A stretch of 6,009 nucleotides of DNA from assembly GCA_049973735.1 (NCBI GenBank), contig JBMFJL010000035.1:1-6009 (forward strand), in the 5' to 3' direction. This document shows, in pieces, positions 1 to 5,149 of this stretch; position 1 is the stretch's first letter; each line of letters opens with the position of its first letter. The notes beneath the pieces were generated by a model, which had not been told where the DNA came from, did no database searches, and saw only the letters and a program-made list of their open reading frames with translations. This DNA comes from Nanopusillaceae archaeon (GTDB lineage: Archaea > Nanobdellota > Nanobdellia > Nanobdellales > Nanobdellaceae). The translations under genes were made by a program, and so were the position numbers.

Positions 1-798
1 TTTTGAAAATTGCAAAATATATAAATATTTTTCTATTGATGATTTTCCCATTGATAAATCTTTTGATAAATTATCTATATTTAATATCATTCCTGGATTT
101 CTCAAAAATATATTCAATATTTTTGTTAAATTTTCTATATTTATTTTTCCAAATATTTCAATATCTTTATAGATTATTTTTGAAACAACAATTTCCCTTA
201 TATATTCCTTTACTTTTTCATCTGTATAATTTATTATTTCTGGAAATGGTTTTTTAATATATTCTTCAAATAATAATTCTAAGTTTCTTTTCTCAATGTT
301 AAAATTTTCTATTATCTTTTCATTTTTCATTTCATAAAATTCTTTTAATGTTAATACAGGTAATTCTAATAAAAAATACCTACCTGCAAGATTTTCTTTT
401 GCATCTTTTTCAATATTTAACGATGCTGATCCAGATAAAATAAACTTTATATTTGGAAAATTATCATATAAAATTTTTATTTTTGAACTCCAATCTTTTA
501 ATTTTTGTATTTCATCTAAAAAAACATATATCTTTTCTTTTCTCCAATCAATTCCAGTTATCTTTGTATATGTATCTAATAGATCATAAATATCTACATT
601 ATGTAAATCAAATGTAAAATATAATATTCTTTTTGGTTCTATATTTTTTAATAGATCTTCTATTAGTTGAAAAATTAATGTTGTTTTTCCTACCCTTCTT
701 AATCCAGTTATAATTATTATTTGCCTATAATTTAATAGTTCTTTAACTTTTTCATATATAAATCTCCTATTTTTTCTTTTCTCTCTATTAATATTCTT
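1..798 (-). CDS. AAA+ ATPase of the AAA_14 + DUF4143 type (COG1373-like). The C-terminus lies beyond the left window edge and the start codon is unresolved.
   Basis: Absent from the ORF track because it has no stop inside the window. I translated the minus frame with codons at 1-3, 4-6 and so on. It is open from 798 to 1, with an upstream in-frame TGA at 801..799. Translation: ...RRFIYEKVKELLNYRQIIIITGLRRVGKTTLIFQL (Walker A) ...KEKIYVFLDEIQKLKDW (Walker B) ...ILSGSASLNIEKDAKENLAGRYFLLELPVLTLKEF ...NLSKDLSMGKSSIEKYLYILQFSK (DUF4143-like tail). There is no ATG, GTG or TTG in frame upstream of the P-loop. Confidence 0.8.
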
Positions 799-823
799 TC
801 ATCCATATATTAGTTCTATTGAC

Positions 824-850
824 TGAACGAATATTTTAATTTTTCGTTCA
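824..850. promoter_or_regulatory. Perfect 8-bp inverted repeat TGAACGAA-N11-TTCGTTCA whose spacer is a TATA-like element. Candidate operator for the ATPase gene and/or a hairpin after asnS.
   Basis: Arms are at 824-831 and 843-850 and are exact reverse complements. On the minus strand the spacer reads AAATTAAAATA, with TTAAAATA starting 33 nt upstream of the ATG at 806. The element lies in the 60-nt gap between the asnS stop (867) and that ATG. Confidence 0.4.
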
Positions 851-866
851 ATATATAGAAAAAATA

Positions 867-2204
867 TTATGGATATAACCAACCACCTCTTAGCCTTGGG
901 AATGGCAATGTTTCCCTTATATGATCCAACTTACATATCCATCTTGTAAACCTTTCCAGTCCCAAGCCCCAGCCGGAGTGTGGTATAGATCCATATTTTC
1001 TCAAATCTTCATACCATTCATATGCGCTTATTTCTTCATTTCCTACCTTTACCTTTAATTTATCCAATTTCCATTCCTTTATTTTACTTTCTAGTATATC
1101 ATATCTCCACTCTCTTTCAGATCCTCCAATTATCTCTCCATATCCCTCTGGTGCTAATAAATCGAAGTTTTTTACAGTTCCATCTCCAACTTCATACATA
1201 TAAAATGCCTTTACTTCCCTTGGATAATTTGTAAGGAATATGGGTACATCAAATTGTTGTGTTAATATCCTCTCTTCATCAGATCCTAAATCATCTCCAT
1301 ATTTTATATTTACTCCAAGATCTTGTAATTTTTTTATTCCCTCTTTATATGTCATTACTTTCCACTTTTTCTCCACAAATTCTCTTAATTCAGATATATC
1401 CCTACCAGTTATTGACTTTAATTCTTCGAATTCTCTTTTTCTTTCCTCCATAGTTTTTTCTATAGAATATTTTAACGCCTCTTCTGTTATTTTTATTAAA
1501 TCTTCCATTGTATACCAGGCTGCTTCAATTTCAAAGTGCCAATACTCATGTAAATGTCTCTTAGTTCTAGACATTTCTGCCCTAAATGAAGGAGTTAAAG
1601 AATATACTTTTTCTAATGAATATATTAATGCTTCTAGATATAGTTGAGCAGATTGAGATAAATATGCCTTTTCCCCAAAATAATTCACTTCAAATAATGT
1701 TGTTGTATCTTCAGCAGCATTTCCTACCAGTATTGGTGGATGTACCTCATACCACCCATCTTTTATGAACCAGTCCCTAAGATGTACTAGCAAACTGTGT
1801 TTTATTTTTAATACATTTGTAAACCACCTTGTCCTTATCCATAGATGTCTATACTTTTGTATCGTATCTACATCTTCATCTCCCTTTAATGGAAATGGTT
1901 TTCCAAAATCATATACTTTTAGATCCGTTACTTCAATTTCATATCCCCCAGGCGCCCTTTCATCTTTTCTTAAAATTCCCTTTACTTCTATAGATCCTTC
2001 AATTTGAAATTTTACAGCATTATTCCATATATTTTCATTAACATTATCTTTCTTAACAACAGCCTGGATTATTCCTGATGAATCTCTTATTACAAAAAAT
2101 ACTTTATCCTTCATGTCTCTCATTCTATAAACCCAACCTTTTATACTTACTTCTTTTCCAACAAGCTCATCTTTCAAGATATCTCTTATATATATGTTTT
2201 TCAT
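867..2204 (-). CDS. asnS: Asparaginyl-tRNA synthetase (class IIb).
   Basis: N-terminal OB fold: VSIKGWVYRMRDMKDKVFFVIRDSSGIIQAVV. Motif 2 region: YLSQSAQLYLEA...TPSFRAEMSRTKRHLHEYWHFEIEAAW. AsnRS-type C-terminus: FDLLAPEGYGEIIGGSEREW...YEWYEDLRKYGSIPHSGWGLGLERF...FPR. The GGSxRE and WYxDLRxYG motifs favour AsnRS over archaeal AspRS. The ORF track starts at a TTG (2216). I prefer the ATG at 2204..2202 (MKNIYIRDIL), which overlaps the upstream TAA as TAATG. Confidence 0.85.
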   Translation of the reverse strand: MKNIYIRDILKDELVGKEVSIKGWVYRMRDMKDKVFFVIRDSSGIIQAVVKKDNVNENIWNNAVKFQIEGSIEVKGILRKDERAPGGYEIEVTDLKVYDFGKPFPLKGDEDVDTIQKYRHLWIRTRWFTNVLKIKHSLLVHLRDWFIKDGWYEVHPPILVGNAAEDTTTLFEVNYFGEKAYLSQSAQLYLEALIYSLEKVYSLTPSFRAEMSRTKRHLHEYWHFEIEAAWYTMEDLIKITEEALKYSIEKTMEERKREFEELKSITGRDISELREFVEKKWKVMTYKEGIKKLQDLGVNIKYGDDLGSDEERILTQQFDVPIFLTNYPREVKAFYMYEVGDGTVKNFDLLAPEGYGEIIGGSEREWRYDILESKIKEWKLDKLKVKVGNEEISAYEWYEDLRKYGSIPHSGWGLGLERFTRWICKLDHIRETLPFPRLRGGWLYP

Positions 2205-2620
2205 TATGATTGACAATCAATTGAAGGTAAATACACGCCAGATATTAGATAACTTGATCTTTGTGGTAAACATTCTCTTGTAATAGTAAAATCTTGTATT
2301 TTAGCAATTCCCTCGTTAATAATTCCAGATTTTTTAATCGATGTTTTATTTACAAAATATTCACATATTAAATAATCATCTCCTCTACACATTATAAAAT
2401 GCGTCTTTCCAATCCATTTTCTGTTTATTTCATGAACGTATATTGATAAAAGTCCATCTCCCTTTGGTAAACTTTCTACTATTTTAGATAATATTTTCTC
2501 TAGTTCGCCTAAATTTTTTATTGGTTCTCCCGAATATTCTATTTCTGTAACATAAATATGAGTGAAGTCTTTTTCTTTTTGATGACTTACAAATCTTCCT
2601 TTAATACCGTAATATACCAT
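2204..2620 (-). CDS. Hypothetical 138-aa protein with no family recognised by eye, translationally coupled to asnS.
   Basis: ATG-initiated ORF of ordinary, mixed-charge, non-low-complexity composition (MVYYGIKGRFVSHQKEKDFTHIYVTEIEYSGEPIKNLGELEKILSKIVESLPKGDG...). A TATA-like TTAAAAAATAT starts 31 nt upstream on its strand. Its stop overlaps the asnS ATG by one base. Confidence 0.6.
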   Translation of the reverse strand: MVYYGIKGRFVSHQKEKDFTHIYVTEIEYSGEPIKNLGELEKILSKIVESLPKGDGLLSIYVHEINRKWIGKTHFIMCRGDDYLICEYFVNKTSIKKSGIINEGIAKIQDFTITRECLPQRSSYLISGVYLPSIDCQS

Positions 2621-2628
2621 AAGTGATA

Positions 2629-2652
2629 TTCTTTAAAGAAATATTTTTTAAG
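2629..2652. promoter_or_regulatory. Divergent promoter core with two back-to-back TATA-like elements, including the 12-bp palindrome TTCTTTAAAGAA.
   Basis: The whole intergenic gap is 40 nt (2621-2660). TTCTTTAAAGAA (2629-2640) is its own reverse complement. Its TTTAAA core starts 29 nt before the acyP ATG at 2661, or 32 nt before the second ATG at 2664. On the minus strand TTAAAAAATAT (2651 down to 2641) starts 31 nt before the ATG at 2620. Confidence 0.35.
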
Positions 2653-2660
2653 TAATAGTA

Positions 2661-2930
2661 ATGATGGCTGTTAAATTGACAATTTACGGGAAGGTTCAGG
2701 GTGTTGGCTTTAGAAAATTTGTATACGAAAATGCAATAAAATTGGGAATTAAAGGTTATGTAAAAAATAATCCTGATGGTACGGTAGAGGCATGGTTTGA
2801 GGGAGATGAACATAATATAAATAAAATCATTGAACTTTGTAGAATAGGACCTAGTAGAGCCAGAGTTGAAAAGGTTTGTATTGAAAATTTTGAAAATAAA
2901 GGCTACAATGATTTTTCCATAATTAGATAA
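2661..2930 (+). CDS. acyP: Acylphosphatase.
   Basis: 89 aa. It carries the acylphosphatase signatures IYGKVQGVGFRKFV and GIKGYVKNNPDGTVEA, followed by ...GPSRARVEKV. Length is typical for the family. Confidence 0.9.
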   Translation: MMAVKLTIYGKVQGVGFRKFVYENAIKLGIKGYVKNNPDGTVEAWFEGDEHNINKIIELCRIGPSRARVEKVCIENFENKGYNDFSIIR

Positions 2931-2961
2931 ATTTTTAATTAACAAAATACTTTTTTTATCT

Positions 2962-3375
2962 ATGGAAAAAAACAAAGGATATAGTGAAGAAAGGAAAATT
3001 GATAAGGCAAAGATTAAATTGGAAAGGAAAATAGAGAAAATATATGACAATATAGTAAGGGCAATTAATGACATAAATGAGGAAAAAAAGAAAATTGAGA
3101 AGGATTACAACAGAATAAATTCATTGGTAAATGAAATAAGCGAACTAGAAAATAATATCTTAGAAATTATAGCCAATATAACTGATGCATCGAAGATTGG
3201 AGAAATTAATAATAGGGAACTTAAGAGACTTATTAAAGAATACGATAAGGCTACAAGGGAATATTTTTCTATGTTTATAAAGTTGTTCAAAAGGAAGAGA
3301 AAAATATTGGATAGATTCAAAAAGATATCACATAAAGTAGACGAATATGATAAAATTCTGGAAGAAATGGGCTAA
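2962..3375 (+). CDS. Hypothetical 137-aa K/E/I/N-rich coiled-coil protein.
   Basis: ATG ORF with heptad-like helical sequence throughout (KIKLERKIEKIYDNIVRAINDINEEKKKIEKDYNRINSLVNEISELENNILEII...). A TATA-like TTTTTAAT starts 30 nt upstream. The antisense ORFs 2601..3074 and 3105..3320 are L/F/I/S low-complexity and less plausible. Confidence 0.6.
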   Translation: MEKNKGYSEERKIDKAKIKLERKIEKIYDNIVRAINDINEEKKKIEKDYNRINSLVNEISELENNILEIIANITDASKIGEINNRELKRLIKEYDKATREYFSMFIKLFKRKRKILDRFKKISHKVDEYDKILEEMG

Positions 3376-3377
3376 AA

Positions 3378-3385
3378 TTTATAAC
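3378..3385 (+). promoter_or_regulatory. TATA-box-like element for the tRNA gene.
   Basis: AAAATTTATAAC, with TTTATAAC starting 33 nt upstream of tRNA position 1. It begins immediately after the stop codon of the 137-aa ORF. Confidence 0.4.
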
Positions 3386-3410
3386 TTATAATTTTAAATC
3401 TAAATTTTAA

Positions 3411-3482
3411 GGGACCGTAGTCTAGGGGTATGATGCCGCCCTGACTAGGCGGAGGTCCGGGGTTCGAATCCCCGCGGTCCCA
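3411..3482 (+). tRNA. tRNA-Val, anticodon GAC, 72 nt, no encoded CCA, no intron.
   Basis: Hand-folded cloverleaf. Acceptor GGGACCG/CGGTCCC, then U8 A9. D arm GTCT-AGGGGTA-TGAT. Anticodon stem CCGCC/GGCGG with loop C-T-GAC-T-A. Variable loop AGGTC. T arm CGGGG-TTCGAAT-CCCCG. Discriminator A. The anticodon and T stems are entirely G:C, against an AT-rich genome. Confidence 0.85.
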
Positions 3483-3485
3483 ATA

Positions 3486-3493
3486 TTTATATT
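3486..3493 (+). promoter_or_regulatory. TATA-box-like octamer TTTATATT for small-protein gene A.
   Basis: Its first T lies exactly 31 nt upstream of the ATG at 3517. The identical octamer sits at identical spacing before the paralog at 3845. Confidence 0.45.
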
Positions 3494-3516
3494 AAACAAA
3501 ATCGTTACTTGTGAAT

Positions 3517-3777
3517 ATGAAAGGTCTTCTCCCCTCGGGAAAAAAGGATCCTCACGATCTTTCAATATACCATAGGATAGAAATTTTAAGAAAAAAAATA
3601 AAAGAAACAGAAATAAGATATGAAAATGCAATGAAAAGAGGTGATTATAAGAAAGCAGAGGCTTTAGCTAAGGAACTATCTAAATTAAATGGTGAATTAC
3701 GCAAACTTATGTTAGAAGCTAAGGCATACGAATCCGAATTCGGATTTAATTCATATGATGATAAGAAGAAATTATAG
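3517..3777 (+). CDS. Small 86-aa K/E-rich helical protein, 'MKGLL' paralog A.
   Basis: MKGLLPSGKKDPHDLSIYHRIEILRKKIKETEIRYENAMKRGDYKKAEALAKELSKLNGELRKLMLEAKAYESEFGFNSYDDKKKL. The ORF track starts at a GTG (3511). I prefer the ATG at 3517 because of the TATA spacing and the match to the paralog's N-terminus. Confidence 0.6.
   Translation: MKGLLPSGKKDPHDLSIYHRIEILRKKIKETEIRYENAMKRGDYKKAEALAKELSKLNGELRKLMLEAKAYESEFGFNSYDDKKKL
3731..3746. repeat. 16-bp perfect palindrome AATCCGAATTCGGATT.
   Basis: Read directly from the sequence. It is its own reverse complement, is centred on GAATTC, and lies inside CDS 3517..3777 (codons for ESEFGF) about 30 nt before the stop. Confidence 0.9.
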
Positions 3778-3813
3778 TTAATATCATTGCTAATTAATGT
3801 AGATTATCATATC

Positions 3814-3821
3814 TTTATATT
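3814..3821 (+). promoter_or_regulatory. TATA-box-like octamer TTTATATT for small-protein gene B.
   Basis: Its first T lies exactly 31 nt upstream of the ATG at 3845. Confidence 0.45.
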
Positions 3822-3844
3822 GTCCAAGATTTTTATTATAATTT

Positions 3845-4078
3845 ATGAAAGGTCTCTTGGGCTTGATTAGGAGAAAGGACCTAAAGAGGGAAGAAAAGTT
3901 AGACATGGAAATAGAAAAATTATCAAGAGAAAAAGTAAAACTTGAAAAGGAGTTAGAAAGAACAAAAGATCCAAAAAAAGCTGCTAAAATTCAAAAAAAA
4001 TTACAAAAGATAAATATGAAATTAGGAAGATTATATAGAATGAGTTCAAAAATGACTAAAAGACTGGCTAAAAGTTAG
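3845..4078 (+). CDS. Small 77-aa K/E-rich helical protein, 'MKGLL' paralog B.
   Basis: MKGLLGLIRRKDLKREEKLDMEIEKLSREKVKLEKELERTKDPKKAAKIQKKLQKINMKLGRLYRMSSKMTKRLAKS. The first 11 nt (ATGAAAGGTCT) are identical to paralog A. The two proteins align colinearly: MKGLL, then K-D at 10-12, then D-x-K-K-A at 42-47 followed by K-x-L-x-K-[LI]-N-x-x-L-x-x-L. Confidence 0.6.
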   Translation: MKGLLGLIRRKDLKREEKLDMEIEKLSREKVKLEKELERTKDPKKAAKIQKKLQKINMKLGRLYRMSSKMTKRLAKS

Positions 4079-4090
4079 TAAATTTTATTA

Positions 4091-4294
4091 TTAAAGCTTT
4101 TTTTTCTTAAAAATAACTTTTAAAGGCAAGACGCCCTTTTCATATTCCAACTCTGCAATTTTTAACGGATCATAATCTAGTCTTTCTAAATCTTCTTTAG
4201 ATAATTTGATTAGGATTGGTGCTCCCATTGAGATTTGTAATGCCCTTGCACCTATCAATCTTGCTATAGCAAATCTAGAAATATCATTAGTCAT
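4091..4294 (-). CDS. rpoK: DNA-directed RNA polymerase subunit Rpo6/K (RPB6/omega homolog).
   Basis: 67 aa. The core motif RFAIARLIGARALQISMGAPILI...DPLKIAELEYEKGVLPLKV is the conserved Rpo6/RPB6 signature. It ends in an unusual KKKKL tail and three tandem TAA codons. Confidence 0.9.
   Translation of the reverse strand: MTNDISRFAIARLIGARALQISMGAPILIKLSKEDLERLDYDPLKIAELEYEKGVLPLKVIFKKKKL
4098..4105 (+). terminator. T8 run, a candidate archaeal oligo-T terminator for the + strand gene ending at 4078.
   Basis: CTTTTTTTTC lies 20 nt downstream of the TAG. It is the complement of the AAG AAA AAA AAG (KKKK) codons at the rpoK C-terminus. Confidence 0.3.
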
Positions 4295-4317
4295 TTATAA
4301 TTTTTTAATGAATAACC

Positions 4318-4325
4318 TTTATTAA
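4318..4325 (-). promoter_or_regulatory. TATA-like TTAATAAA upstream of rpoK.
   Basis: On the minus strand it runs from 4325 down to 4318, with the first T 31 nt upstream of the rpoK ATG (4294). It sits in the 34-nt rrp42-rpoK spacer. Co-transcription with rrp42 cannot be excluded. Confidence 0.3.
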
Positions 4326-4328
4326 TTT

Positions 4329-5126
4329 TTAAATTGACGAAATTTTTTCCAATAATTTTTCCCTAAGTTCAAATGACTTTGACAGCAAAAAGTCAAACTC
4401 TTCTAAGGATATTGATCCTGAACCCCTTGTCTGTAATGCATTAACTTCATCCGTTATACCTATATGTATTATTAAATCTGAAGCTTCTTCTTCATATTTA
4501 GTCGGATCTAGAATAAATTTATTATCTATTTTAGCAAAAGTAAACATAAATGGTATTTTTGAACTTAATGGTAGTCTTTTATTTGTTTTTTCCTTATAAT
4601 TTATTTTATATCCATTTTCTGTTTTCTCTAGTTTCGGAAAATATGTGTTTTTTAATGCAATTATTGATGCTAAGACAGATGCATCTACTATATTGCCATC
4701 ATCATTTAATACATATATATCTAAGAATATCGACCATACATATTTACCAGGCTCTATCACTAAATCTTTGTAATTTATAAACCTGGATTCTCTTATAATC
4801 CTATCCACAACCCTTGAATATTCTATAGAATCTTCGGATGGACCAATCTCAACATCTATATGCGATACTGGAGATATTTCTACATTTGTTACCAATATCC
4901 CTTGATCGGGTTGATCTGGAAATGGTTGAGAAACCTCTAATTTAACCCCAGCTAAAACCTTAGTTTTTCCCAATTCTAGATAACATGACCCTTCAGCATT
5001 TTTTGAATAATTTTTTATTGCCTTTATTTCCCTATATTCAAACAAACTTCTCTTATCAAGTCTTAAATCATTCTTTATTATTTTTCTTATATAATTAGCT
5101 ATATTTTCTTCAAGACCAGTATCCAT
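4329..5126 (-). CDS. rrp42: Exosome complex RNase PH-like subunit Rrp42.
   Basis: 265 aa. It aligns colinearly by eye with archaeal Rrp42: LRLDKRSLFEYREIKA (the R-x-DGR-x-x-x-YR region, here DKR), AEGSCYLELGKTKVLAGVKLEVSQPFPDQPDQGILVTNVEISP, GPSEDSIEYSRVVDRIIRES, LVIEPGKYVWSIFLDIYVLNDDGNIVDASVLASIIALKNT and ILDPTKYEEEASD. Confidence 0.88.
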   Translation of the reverse strand: MDTGLEENIANYIRKIIKNDLRLDKRSLFEYREIKAIKNYSKNAEGSCYLELGKTKVLAGVKLEVSQPFPDQPDQGILVTNVEISPVSHIDVEIGPSEDSIEYSRVVDRIIRESRFINYKDLVIEPGKYVWSIFLDIYVLNDDGNIVDASVLASIIALKNTYFPKLEKTENGYKINYKEKTNKRLPLSSKIPFMFTFAKIDNKFILDPTKYEEEASDLIIHIGITDEVNALQTRGSGSISLEEFDFLLSKSFELREKLLEKISSI

Positions 5127-5149
5127 TATTCTAGGATTCTATGAATTAT

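Noticed and set aside
3-257. 84-aa + strand ORF (MKIAKYINIFLLMIF...).
   Set aside because: It is antisense to the well-supported ATPase frame and starts at a TTG. Its L/F/I/Y low-complexity sequence is typical of shadow ORFs in AT-rich DNA.
1022-2007. Five + strand ORFs (1022..1234, 1240..1647, 1259..1453, 1586..1768, 1765..2007).
   Set aside because: All lie antisense to asnS, whose class II aaRS motifs are unambiguous. Their translations are S/L/F/I-rich and motif-free.
2205-2216. TTG start (MSII-) for asnS as given in the ORF track.
   Set aside because: The ATG at 2204..2202 gives the classic TAATG stop/start overlap and a normal AsnRS N-terminus. The TTG extension would overlap the upstream gene by 13 nt.
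2601-3074. 157-aa minus-strand ORF spanning the acyP region.
   Set aside because: It is antisense to the clear acylphosphatase gene and crosses two promoter regions. The sequence is hydrophobic and low-complexity (LIALTILSYIFSIFLSNLIFALSIFL...), so it is a shadow ORF.
3105-3320. 71-aa minus-strand ORF.
   Set aside because: It is antisense to the 137-aa coiled-coil ORF. A K/E-rich sense strand automatically yields an L/F/S-rich antisense frame, and this ORF has no start context or TATA.
3430-3445. C/D-box sRNA signals (ATGATG followed by CTGA). Similar TGATGA hits occur near 37-42, 1278-1283 (minus strand), 4697-4706 (minus strand) and 5875-5890.
   Set aside because: The 3430 hit is inside the tRNA. 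The others lie within coding sequence and lack a correctly spaced C/D' and C'/D arrangement or terminal stem.
3422-3631. 69-aa minus-strand ORF overlapping the tRNA.
   Set aside because: It runs antisense through the tRNA gene and the start of small-protein gene A, so it is an artefact.
3482-3850. Integrated mobile element or virus using the tRNA as an attachment site.
   Set aside because: I found no duplicate of the tRNA 3' half (searched for GGTTCGAATCC, CGGTCCC) anywhere downstream. There is no integrase-like ORF, and the flanking genes are small cellular-looking ORFs and housekeeping genes.
4121-4140. Short hairpin AAAGG-N8-CCTTT within rpoK.
   Set aside because: The stem is only 5 bp, the site is inside conserved coding sequence, and it is within chance expectation.
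4550-4780. 76-aa + strand ORF.
   Set aside because: It is antisense to rrp42 and low-complexity.
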